Shown here one piece after another: positions 49,306-58,365 of a DNA stretch of 64,000 nucleotides. Location: positions 32,001 through 96,000 of the forward strand of contig CAVYSY010000006.1 of assembly GCA_963771175.1 (NCBI GenBank). Direction: 5' to 3'. A program made the position numbers and the translations under genes. Below the pieces are notes generated by a model, which saw only the letters and a program-made list of their open reading frames with translations, made no database searches and was not told the DNA's origin. The stretch is from an uncultured delta proteobacterium. Its GTDB lineage: Bacteria; Myxococcota; Myxococcia; Myxococcales; Myxococcaceae. Each line of letters starts with the position of its first letter. Position 1 is the first letter of the stretch.

Positions 49306-51261
49306 ATGTCCTCCTCGTCGACAGCACCGCTCGCGCCCGAGTCGGCCCTGCTCCGCGTCGCGACTCCTCCCGAGGAGTCGCCCCTGCGCGGCGCCGAGCT
49401 GCGCCTCAAGGAGCTCCTCGCCGAGCTCGACGCGCTCGACACGGAGCTCGACTCGCTCGGCCTGGAGCTGGAGCGCTTCGCCCGCGCCTACGAGGAAGCC
49501 CTCTCCCCCTCCTTCGAGGAGGTGGGCCGCTCCGAGCGGCTCCTGCGCCGGCTCCGCAACCTCCAGGACGCCGCCTCCGCCCTCATCCGCCTCCTGGAGC
49601 GCCCCGCGCCCCCTCCCGAGTCTGATCCCACCTCCCCCGAGCATCCCGCGCGCACCCTGCCGGCCTCGACCTCCGCCGCCCAGGCCCGGGCCGCGGAGTC
49701 CGACGCCTCCGAGGAAGACGAGGACGGGGACGCGGACGCCTTCGAGGACGAAACCCTCCCCGAGGACGAGCAGCCCTCCGAGCAGGAGCTCCTCGCCGAG
49801 CGCGAGGACGAGGTGGTGGTCCTCAAGCGGCTGCACCGTCGTCTCGCGCGGCTGCTGCACCCGGACCTCGCGCAGTCGGACGAGGAGCGCACGCGGCTGG
49901 ACGCCCTCATGGCCCGCGTGAACGTGGCCTACGAGGCCGGAGACCGCACCACGCTGGAGCTGATCGCCGCCAAGGTGGGCGCGGGCGAGACCGCGGACTC
50001 GCTCACCGAGGACGAGCGACTGGCGCACCTCGAGCGCCGCATCCGCACCCTGTCCACCGCCGCCCACTCCCTGCGCCAGCAGCGCGAGAGCCTGCGCGCC
50101 ACCGCCACCGCCCGCCTCCACGAGGAGTCCCGCCGCCGCGCCGCCGAGGGCCGCGACTACCTCGCCGAGACGCGCGCGGAGATGGACGAGGAGCTCCACG
50201 GCCTCGCGCAGGATGCCCGCGCCCGCATGCGCCAGCTCGAGCGCGCCGCGCGCACACTCACGTCCCTGAGGAACAAGCGCATGTCCACGCTCGCCGAGAA
50301 CGGCAAGGGAAAGAAACTCCGCGCCTTCGACCCCGTGCTGGAGAGCCCCCTGGTGCGCCAGGGCGTGCTCCGCCTCGAGCGCCAGCGCGCCACGCCCGCC
50401 GCGCGCGAGCTCGCCCGCCGCCTCGAGGACTCCGTCACCCAGGAGCCCTGGCAGCTCGCCCTCACCCTCATGGCCTTCTTCGCCGAGGCCGCTGGCCGTC
50501 CGCCCCCGGGGCTCGACTCCAGCGAGGCCTGGGCCGAGCGCTACGAGTTGCTGCGCGAGCTCGGCATGCAGGAAGCGCCGGACTACGACCAGGCCCTCAC
50601 GCGGCTGCCGCGCCACCTGGAGCTCGGCATGCGCGCGATGAAGAAGGAGGTCCGCTTCGGCCTCCAACTGCGCGAGGCCGAGCTGCTCGCCGCCGTGCCC
50701 CTGGCGCTCCAGCGCGCGGACGTGGCCGAGCTGGGCCGCTCCGTGCTCTCCGTCATCGGCCCGCAGGAGCAGTGCAAGCGCTGTGGCGAGGAGGTGCTCC
50801 TCCAGCACCTGCTGCGCACCCGAGGGCTCGACGAGCTCAACGGCATGCTGTGCCCGCTGTGCGCCCACGTGCAGAAGAGCTACTGGCTCTACAGCCGCTC
50901 CGAGGGCCAGGAGGCACTGCTGCCCCACGCGCTGAGACTCGGCACGGTGGTGGAGCAGGTGGTGCGGCTCGCGGGCAAGAGCGTGGGCTTCCAGTTCCTC
51001 CCCGAGGAGCGCGAGTCCCTCACCGCGGCCGGGCTGCGCCAGCGCTTCGCGGACCTGTACCTCCAGCCCTATGGCGTGGAGGTGGAGCCGGCGCATGTGC
51101 GGCTCGTGCAGGGCGGCCGTGCTCTCGCCCCGGAGGCGCTGGTGGGCAAGGGCACCGTCAAGCTCGAGCTGGAGGCCGGGTCCGGCCCGCCCGAGAAGGA
51201 AGTCCTCGAGCTGCTGCGCTCGCGCATCGAGCGGCGCTTCCGGCCCGACGCCGCCGGGTGA
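49306..51261 (+). CDS. J-domain-like protein with coiled coils and a CxxC...CxxC zinc ribbon
   Basis: RRLARLLHPD...MARVNVAY; CKRC...CPLC. Confidence 0.8.
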   Translation: MSSSSTAPLAPESALLRVATPPEESPLRGAELRLKELLAELDALDTELDSLGLELERFARAYEEALSPSFEEVGRSERLLRRLRNLQDAASALIRLLERPAPPPESDPTSPEHPARTLPASTSAAQARAAESDASEEDEDGDADAFEDETLPEDEQPSEQELLAEREDEVVVLKRLHRRLARLLHPDLAQSDEERTRLDALMARVNVAYEAGDRTTLELIAAKVGAGETADSLTEDERLAHLERRIRTLSTAAHSLRQQRESLRATATARLHEESRRRAAEGRDYLAETRAEMDEELHGLAQDARARMRQLERAARTLTSLRNKRMSTLAENGKGKKLRAFDPVLESPLVRQGVLRLERQRATPAARELARRLEDSVTQEPWQLALTLMAFFAEAAGRPPPGLDSSEAWAERYELLRELGMQEAPDYDQALTRLPRHLELGMRAMKKEVRFGLQLREAELLAAVPLALQRADVAELGRSVLSVIGPQEQCKRCGEEVLLQHLLRTRGLDELNGMLCPLCAHVQKSYWLYSRSEGQEALLPHALRLGTVVEQVVRLAGKSVGFQFLPEERESLTAAGLRQRFADLYLQPYGVEVEPAHVRLVQGGRALAPEALVGKGTVKLELEAGSGPPEKEVLELLRSRIERRFRPDAAG

Positions 51262-51279
51262 GCAGCCAGCGCGCGTGAG

Positions 51280-52209
51280 CTAGGACTCGAAGAGCTCCTG
51301 CACGGACCGCACGGACACGGCCTTGCGGAGCCAGCGCTTGAGCTGCTCGATTTCCGCGCAGGCGGCAATGCGCTGGCGGGCCTGCTCGTCCACCTGGAGG
51401 CCTCGGGCTTCAAGTACCTCCAACAGGGCGCTCATCTCCCCTTCCTGGAGGCCCTCCTGCCTGCCCTCCTGCCGGCCTTCCTGCCGACCTTCCTGCCGGC
51501 CCTCCTGCCGACCTTCCTCACGCCCCTTGGCAAGGTACCGCCGGGCGAACTCGCTCTGGTACTCGTAGGTGCCACTGCGCATCAGTGCCTCCAGGGCCGT
51601 GCGTGCCACGTCATTCAGCGAGCACATCACCAGGTCAAAATAGAAGCGCGCCCGCTCGTCTTCAATCCCCACCAGCCCTGGCAGCACCGCCTCGGCGATG
51701 GCCGCCCCCCGCTCCCCCTGCCCATGTGCCATGGCGGACAGCACCGCCAACTCCACCGCCTCTCGCGCCACCTCGGCCCGGGTAACCACCGGAATGCTCT
51801 CCGGCCCCGCCACGTAGGGCCTCAGCACAAAGCCCCGATGGCCCGTCTCCATCGACTGCCCACACCAGCGCGCCACCCCCGCCTCCGGCGCCACCACCAG
51901 CAGCGCCGTGGGGCACCTCAACCTCGCCCTCATGTGGGTGAGGTACACCGGCCACGTAAACCTCTTCTCCTCGTTGGACGAGAGTTGCACCTCCACCACG
52001 ATGGCGAAGCGGGGTCTGGCCTCCCCTAACAGCACCACCAGGTCCGCCCGGTACTCGGTGGGCACCACCTGGTTCAGCTCCGCGGACTCCGCCCGGGCCT
52101 CCGCGTAGGCGGGCAACTCGACACCCAGCGCGTCGCGCAACAACTCGGCCGCCAGGGCCGGACGGTTGCGGAACAACTCCAGGAGGGCCTCGTGCCGGAG
52201 GGAGAGCAT
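51280..52209 (-). CDS. Rpn-family / PD-(D/E)xK nuclease-like protein with EGRQ repeats
   Basis: RADLV...VVEVQ; about 6 tandem 12-bp EGRQ units near 51440-51525. Confidence 0.8.
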   Translation of the reverse strand: MLSLRHEALLELFRNRPALAAELLRDALGVELPAYAEARAESAELNQVVPTEYRADLVVLLGEARPRFAIVVEVQLSSNEEKRFTWPVYLTHMRARLRCPTALLVVAPEAGVARWCGQSMETGHRGFVLRPYVAGPESIPVVTRAEVAREAVELAVLSAMAHGQGERGAAIAEAVLPGLVGIEDERARFYFDLVMCSLNDVARTALEALMRSGTYEYQSEFARRYLAKGREEGRQEGRQEGRQEGRQEGRQEGLQEGEMSALLEVLEARGLQVDEQARQRIAACAEIEQLKRWLRKAVSVRSVQELFES

Positions 52210-52506
52210 GCGGCAGGGAAGGTAACCCTACAAGTCATCTTGTTGTCAACCCAGGGTTGACTCAAGAAGTAGTCCCAGAGTTCCCCGCGGGCCTCCAGCA
52301 ACCTGCTCATCGGGGCACTCTCCACCGTGGAGGAGCACCCGGTCTTCCGACTCCAGCATCTGCGCGAAACGAGCCCGGGGAGCGCTCCCGCGGTCCAGGT
52401 CTCAATGACTTTGATGACGCCGGGTTGCGTCCGCTCCACCCCACCGTGAACCGACCATGTCAGACCCGCTTGGGAGACTGGTCGGTCCAAAGGAGGGACT
52501 GACCGC

Positions 52507-52935
52507 ATGGGATATGGGGACTATCGGCGCCGTGGGTCGTACCGCGACCGCGCCCAGTGGGAGGACCCGCGATCGGAGGAGACGTCGAGCACGGGGTGGC
52601 TGCTGGTGGCGGGGGCAGTGGCCCTCTGGCTCTGGAGCAAACTCCAGGAAGAGTCAGGAGCCCGGCGGCAGTCCGAGCAACGCGAGGCGGAGGCCACCCG
52701 GCAGGCCGAAGAGGCGCGCCGGGACGCCGAGGAGGCGCGCCGGGACGCCGAGGAGGCGCATGCACGCGAGCAGCAGATGCGGCGCCGGGCCGAGGAGGCC
52801 CAGGCTGAAGCGAATCGGCAGAAGCAGCTGGCGCAAGCCGCGGAGGCCGAGCTGAAGCGCCAACAGTCCGCCACTGAGGAACAGCAGGTCCCCCAGGATG
52901 AAGAACCCGACCATCCTGGGGCCGGACCTCATTGA
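52507..52935 (+). CDS. Hypothetical single-TM coiled-coil protein
   Basis: GGAGG RBS; tandem AEEARRD repeats. Confidence 0.6.
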   Translation: MGYGDYRRRGSYRDRAQWEDPRSEETSSTGWLLVAGAVALWLWSKLQEESGARRQSEQREAEATRQAEEARRDAEEARRDAEEAHAREQQMRRRAEEAQAEANRQKQLAQAAEAELKRQQSATEEQQVPQDEEPDHPGAGPH

Positions 52936-53031
52936 ACGGGGCACCCGAGGTGCGGGCTCGGGACATGGGGTCCCGAGCACCTGAGCTTGCATTCTCGGGA
53001 GCCCTGTCGCGAGCAGTGAGCCGCGGAGGCC

Positions 53032-53652
53032 TCAGCCCTGCTGCCGGCCCTCGATGGCGCACAGGAGGACCGCCGCCGCGATGCCCATGCGACGGTCCAG
53101 CTTGCCGCCCCGGTCCACGGAGAAGTCCAGTTCGATCTTCTGGATGAAGGGGTTGAAGCGCTGGCGGAAGGTGAGGACCGGCGTGCCGCCCACCGTGCCC
53201 TGGAAGGTCTGCGGCACGAGGTTGGACAGCAGGCGACGCACCAGCGCGAGCGCCAGGCTGTCCTCCTGGATGCTGCCCATCTCCTGGTCGTTGGCATCCA
53301 GGACGAGCCACTCGTCGCGCAGGATGGACTTGAGGCCCTTGCGGCGCAGCGCGCCAATCTTGCGGCCCGTCGTCGTGTCGGTGACGTCGTAGGTGGCGCT
53401 GATGTCGAGGATGTTGCGGGCCTTGATGGAGAGGACCTCCTCGTTCATCTCCTCGCTGGTGAAGACGCGCAGATCCTCCTTCAGCTTGAAGGCCTTCATC
53501 TTCGAGTAGAAGGCGACGTTGCCCGCTTCATCGTAGATGTGGAAGGCGCCGCCGAAGAGCTTGAAGAACTTCTTGCGGAGCAGGTAGCGGCTCTGGCCGA
53601 AGCGGCCGGCGGCGAGGTCACTGTTCGGGCGCTGCTGGATGGCGGTCGACAT
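53032..53652 (-). CDS. LURP-one/scramblase-like (Tubby-C) protein
   Basis: KAFKLKEDL, IGALRRK and DRRMGIA motifs. Confidence 0.7.
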   Translation of the reverse strand: MSTAIQQRPNSDLAAGRFGQSRYLLRKKFFKLFGGAFHIYDEAGNVAFYSKMKAFKLKEDLRVFTSEEMNEEVLSIKARNILDISATYDVTDTTTGRKIGALRRKGLKSILRDEWLVLDANDQEMGSIQEDSLALALVRRLLSNLVPQTFQGTVGGTPVLTFRQRFNPFIQKIELDFSVDRGGKLDRRMGIAAAVLLCAIEGRQQG

Positions 53653-53825
53653 GGGAGTCCCCCTTTTTGGGCTGATGCGTGGAGGCGCTGATATAGCGCA
53701 TCGCGGCATGAGGCCGGAAACGCTTCACTCGGGGCGAAGCGGGGCCACTGCCACCGTGCGCGATGACGGACGAGAAGCAGTGCGCCCCGAAGAAGGGCAG
53801 GTAGCCCGCGAGCGAGGGTCGACGC

Positions 53826-54789
53826 CTAGAAGTCGTCGACGGGGTCCGGGTAGACCTCCTCCTCGTCCTCCTCCTCCACCGGAGCGGCGGCGCGGCCCCG
53901 GCCTCGGCCCTGGGGCTCGGGCGGCGCCGATTCAGGGCCCACCACGTACCACTGGCGGCCCTGCTGCACGCGCTTGAGCAGCCCCTCCTGCTCCATGGCC
54001 GCCAGCAGCTTGGCGAACGAGGAGAAGCCGTGGTCGCGCTCGTCGAAGTCCGGCTCCTTGCGGACGATGGTCTCCTTGATGAGCGAGGGGTTGAGCGACC
54101 CCGTCGCCCGCCCGAGCAGGCTCTGCACCACCTCCAGGGCGATCTCCGGCACCTCGGCCTTCCCCTTCTGCCCGTGCGCCTGCTCCTTGGCGGGGCGCTC
54201 GCTAGCCGCATGACCCTTGCCGTGCTTGCGACCCTTGGAGGGCTCCTCGTGCTCGTGGGCCGAGCGCTTGTCCTTGCTCCTTGTCCTTCTCCGCGCGGGT
54301 GCGGGGCCGGAGGTAGATGAACTCGTCGCAGGCCTTCACGAAGAGGGGGCTGGTGGCCTCCTTCACCGCGAGCCCGATGAGCTGCCGACCGTTCTCGCGC
54401 AGCTTGTACGCGAGGGGGCAGAAGTCACTGTCGCCCGAGGCGATGGCGAAGGTGTCGATGTGCTCGCGCGCGTAGCACAGCTCCAGCGCGTCGATGACCA
54501 GGCGCATGTCCGCCCCGTTCTTCCCCGAGCGGGTCGAGGGCGGCACGTCGATGAGCTCGACGCCGAACTCGTGCAGGTTGCCCTTGGCCTCCTTGAAGCG
54601 GGACCAGTCGCAGTAGGCACGGCGGAAGACCACCTTGCCGCGCTCGAGCAGACGGTCCATCGCCGGCTGCAGGTCGAAGTTGCCGGCGGTGAACCCGGTG
54701 TTCGTCACCAGGTTCTCGAAATCGAGGAAGAGCGCGATGCGGTGTTCTTTCTTCGTGTCCAAATAAGCCTCAGCGTTGGGTGCCGCCAA
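53826..54789 (-). CDS. NYN domain (LabA/DUF88) protein with C-terminal OST-HTH (frameshift around 54200-54280)
   Basis: LFLDFEN, KNGADMRL, SGDSDF and FDERDHGFSSF. Confidence 0.9.
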
Positions 54790-54934
54790 GGCGGCAAGAG
54801 TGGGGACGCTCGCTCGGAGATTGCCTCTGCTGGCGCCTCACGGGGCGTACCCTACTCCCAACCCGCTCCTGCCACGTGAACTTCCTGGGGGCCGTGGGAA
54901 CTGGCAACCCGGGTCCACCCGAGGCCCGCTCCCC

Positions 54935-55546
54935 TCACGGGGAGCCCGCGTCCGGTGAGGCGAGTCGCTCCAACTCGTCCCAATCGATGGGCGGCACGCC
55001 TCCATCCAGCGGCACGCCCCCATCCGGGGCCGGGGGACGCTCGGCACGGATGCGCTGGCGAGCGACGGGCTTACCGTCGAAGGAAAAGAGCCGGATATAG
55101 GCCTCGATACACTCGGGCCCGAGTCCCGTGAGGTGCTCATCGAACGGTCCGAAGTGTACCGTCCTGCCGTACCAGTAGCCGGGCTCGAGAACCAGGAGAT
55201 CCTCCGGACGGGCCGGCGGCACGATGCCGTCCTCCCTGATGGATCCCACGGCTCCGTACTTGCAGTCCGAAACGCCCCAGAGTTCCACGTCAAAGCCTGG
55301 AATCAGCCGTCTGTCCAGACGCAGTGGGCCCGACTCGGGACTGACCAGGACTCGTGCAGAGAGCCCCAATCCATCATATTGGATGTCTTGGACTTCCAGT
55401 CGGACCCGAGGAGGAACCTGCGCGTCCGCCTTCATGGCCCCATGGTCCGGTGGTGATGGCGATTTCCTCCCGAAGAAAGGAAACCCCGTACAGGCAGCCA
55501 TCAGGAGAAGGGAAGCAGTTCCAAGTTCGAGACGGCTCACTCGCAT
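54935..55546 (-). CDS. Lipoprotein, candidate partner or inhibitor of the upstream peptidase
   Basis: MAAC lipobox; overlaps the upstream gene by 10 bp. Confidence 0.7.
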   Translation of the reverse strand: MRVSRLELGTASLLLMAACTGFPFFGRKSPSPPDHGAMKADAQVPPRVRLEVQDIQYDGLGLSARVLVSPESGPLRLDRRLIPGFDVELWGVSDCKYGAVGSIREDGIVPPARPEDLLVLEPGYWYGRTVHFGPFDEHLTGLGPECIEAYIRLFSFDGKPVARQRIRAERPPAPDGGVPLDGGVPPIDWDELERLASPDAGSP

Positions 55547-56118
55547 GATGTCCTCGCGCCCTCTTCGTCAACACATGCGCATTCGGGGATGGGATGGCGC
55601 TTGGGGTCATTCCCTGGAACGTTGTGCCCCTGCTTATGGTTCCAGCCACAAGAATGTGCCAGCTCGTGGATGACCGCCTTGATGATGCACCCACGTGATG
55701 CAGGCTCCTCACACCAGTGAGTCTCCTTGACCGGATAGAAACGATGGTGCACGCCCTGGCTGGTCGTGAGAGTGAACGCGAGCAGGATGCTGTCAGGACT
55801 TTCTCTCTCCTCCTTGCATTTCTGCCGACTCCACTCGCTACACGTCACCCTGATATCGCGGCACTGCCGACGCATGCAGCTCATGAGAAGCTCGTCATCG
55901 ATCTTGTCCGCCTCCTCGAGGCACTCCTCGACAGTGGGCAGCTCGATCGAAGCAGGGCAGCTCGTCTTCATCGGTGTCCCTGGTCGATGCGATGTGGGAG
56001 TTGCGCACCCACCCCAGGCAAGAGACCCGAGCATCAACGCGACTCCAAGGGTCCGACGAATCCGGGCGGAACCCACCGTGAGGACTGGGTCCGGTATCAT
56101 TAACCACTTCGAGAGCAC
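55537..56118 (-). CDS. Cys-rich lipoprotein with metzincin HExxHxxGxxH motif
   Basis: WGGC-AT; HELAHSCGWNH; lower GC. Confidence 0.7.
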   Translation of the reverse strand: MLSKWLMIPDPVLTVGSARIRRTLGVALMLGSLAWGGCATPTSHRPGTPMKTSCPASIELPTVEECLEEADKIDDELLMSCMRRQCRDIRVTCSEWSRQKCKEERESPDSILLAFTLTTSQGVHHRFYPVKETHWCEEPASRGCIIKAVIHELAHSCGWNHKQGHNVPGNDPKRHPIPECACVDEEGARTSCE

Positions 56119-56173
56119 CTGCGACTCCTAGCAATCCGCGCGAAGCCTACCTTGAGTCCCTGAGAGTTACTGT

Positions 56174-57289
56174 TCAGAGCGTGTCGCAGAAGCGCTCCAG
56201 CCTCGCGAGCGCCTCGGGCATGTTCGTCCGGCCCAGCCCCAGGCGGAAGTGGTTGCCCGGGAAGTCGTACACGTCTCCCGGCAGGAGCAGCACGCCCTCC
56301 TGGTCCACCAATCGCTGGCAGAACTCCGCCACCGGCATGTCCTTCAGCAGCAGCGGGAAGGCCACGCTCCCCGCCTTCGGGCGCACCCAGCGGAACGTGT
56401 CCGCCCTCCGCGCGAAGAAGTCGTCCAGCACCGTCAGATTGCGCGAGAGAATCTCCCGGCTCCTCGCCAGCACCTTCTCCTTCGCCCTGAGCGCGATCAA
56501 TGACAGCACCTCGCTCGGCGCCGCGTTGCAGATGGTCGTGTAGTCCTTGTACGCCGCGCACCGCTCCAGCAGCGCCGCGTCCCGGCCCACCAGCCACCCC
56601 ACCCGCAGCCCCGCCAGCCCGAACGCCTTCGACATCACGCCCAGGCTCAGCCCCCGGCCCGACAGCTCCACCCCCGCGGGCAGCGTGTCGCTCGGGTCGT
56701 GCTCCAGCAGCCGGTACACTTCGTCCGCCAGCACGTACGCGCCCCGCTCCTCCGCCAGCGCGAACAGGCCCTTCCACGTCGCCGCGTCCGGCAGCGCCCC
56801 CGTCGGGTTGTGCGGGAAGTTCGCCACCACCAACTTCGTGTTCGGCCGCAGCTCGCGCTTCACCGCCTCCAGGTCCAGCGTCCAGCCGTCCTCCTCCCGC
56901 AGCCGAAGCAGCGACACCTCCGCCCCCGTCGCCCGAGCCACCTCGTACAGCGACTGGTACCCCGGCCACGTCACCACCGCGTGGTCCCCAGGCCCCAGCA
57001 GCACGTTCATCAGGACGAAGATGGCCTCCTCGGCCCCCGCGAACGTCAGCACCTGCTCCGGCCCCACTCCGCGGTACAGCCGTGCAATCTCCTCGCGCAA
57101 CGCCGGCAGGCCCGTGGACTCCGTGTAGCCGAGCGTCAGCCGCTCCCACCGCTCGCGACTGTCTCCGTCCGCCAATGCGAGCAACTCGCTCATCCGCCAG
57201 CCCTCGATGTCCGAGGTGCACAGCAGGTGCGGCGCGTTGAACTCCCACTTCGCGAAGTACCGCTCGAGCGTGAAATCCGGAATGCGCAT
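56174..57289 (-). CDS. PLP-dependent aminotransferase, class I/II
   Basis: NFPHNPTG, DEVY and SKAFGLAGLRVGW. Confidence 0.93.
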   Translation of the reverse strand: MRIPDFTLERYFAKWEFNAPHLLCTSDIEGWRMSELLALADGDSRERWERLTLGYTESTGLPALREEIARLYRGVGPEQVLTFAGAEEAIFVLMNVLLGPGDHAVVTWPGYQSLYEVARATGAEVSLLRLREEDGWTLDLEAVKRELRPNTKLVVANFPHNPTGALPDAATWKGLFALAEERGAYVLADEVYRLLEHDPSDTLPAGVELSGRGLSLGVMSKAFGLAGLRVGWLVGRDAALLERCAAYKDYTTICNAAPSEVLSLIALRAKEKVLARSREILSRNLTVLDDFFARRADTFRWVRPKAGSVAFPLLLKDMPVAEFCQRLVDQEGVLLLPGDVYDFPGNHFRLGLGRTNMPEALARLERFCDTL

Positions 57290-57295
57290 GCCGCC

Positions 57296-57324
57296 TCGCT
57301 ACCGTGAGCCGAGCGGCTTTGCAA
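57296..57324 (-). promoter_or_regulatory. Putative sigma70-type promoter for a leaderless aminotransferase transcript
   Basis: TTGCAA-17 bp-TAGCGA, then 6 nt to the ATG; no RBS. Confidence 0.45.
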
Positions 57325-57335
57325 AGAACGCCGCC

Positions 57336-58211
57336 CTACGAGGGGGTGACGGCCACGGGCTTCTCGGGTCTCGCCAGCAGTATCACCGCCGTCAGGATGA
57401 GCAGCCCTCCCACGCCCTGCAGCAGGCTCAGCCGCTCGCCCAGCAAGAACGCTCCCAGCAGCACCGCCACCAGCGGCTCCACCGTCGAGAGCAGCGACGT
57501 CACCACCGGCCCCACCTTCTCCATCCCCGCGAAGAAGGTCAGCACCGCCACCACCGTGGACACCAGGGACAGGCCCGCCACCGCCATCCAGCCCGCCGGC
57601 GTCTGCGGAAACGCCGGCCCCTGCGCCACCATCAATCCCGCGTACACCACTCCCGCCGAGCCCAGAATCACCGTGGAGGCCGCCAGCGGTCCCGCCGGCC
57701 CCACCACCCGCGAGCTCGTGAAGACATACACCGCGTACACCAGCGCCGACATCACTCCGAACACGATGCCTCGCGGGCTCGCGCCCCCGTTCAAATCAAT
57801 CGTCAGCGCCGTCCCTCCGAGCGCCAGCACGATGGCCACCGCTCGCAACCGCGACATCCGCTCGCCGTCCACCACCACCGCCAGCAGCGCCACCAGCGCC
57901 GGGAACAGGTAGAGCAGCAGCGCCGTCAGCCCCGCCGACGCGTGCTTCAGCGCGGAGAAGTACGCCAGGCTCTGCCCCACGTACCCCACCGCCCCGAGCA
58001 GCACCAGGCTACCCAGCACGCGACCTCGGGGCAGCGGCACCCGCCGCATCACCATCACCGCCCCCAGCACCAGCGCCGCCGAGGTGAAGCGCAGGAACAG
58101 CACCGTGGGCGTGTTCGCCCCCGACGCGTACGCCACGCGCCCGAAGATGCCGAGCGCCCCGAAGGACGCACCCGACAGCAGGATGAGGAGGATGCCCACC
58201 GTACGGCTCAT
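57336..58211 (-). CDS. EamA/DMT family transporter
   Basis: About 10 TM segments in two repeats; EPLVA. Confidence 0.92.
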   Translation of the reverse strand: MSRTVGILLILLSGASFGALGIFGRVAYASGANTPTVLFLRFTSAALVLGAVMVMRRVPLPRGRVLGSLVLLGAVGYVGQSLAYFSALKHASAGLTALLLYLFPALVALLAVVVDGERMSRLRAVAIVLALGGTALTIDLNGGASPRGIVFGVMSALVYAVYVFTSSRVVGPAGPLAASTVILGSAGVVYAGLMVAQGPAFPQTPAGWMAVAGLSLVSTVVAVLTFFAGMEKVGPVVTSLLSTVEPLVAVLLGAFLLGERLSLLQGVGGLLILTAVILLARPEKPVAVTPS

Positions 58212-58365
58212 GACGGTGCACCATACCGGGTCCGCGCGAGGTTCAGCGCAGACGTTTCCTTCTCACGGCGTCGCCGGAATCACGCACGTCGGGTTGGCGC
58301 ACCCGCGAACGGCGATGGCCACGACCACCTTCGAGAAACACCGACCTCCCGGTCGCGTTCCTCTC

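Noticed and set aside
51440..51525. 12-bp tandem repeats as a non-coding array
   Set aside because: They are in-frame EGRQ coding repeats typical of Rpn C-termini.
52245..52261. GTCAACCCAGGGTTGAC palindrome as an operator or divergent -35 pair
   Set aside because: No properly spaced -10 box found and only a single occurrence.
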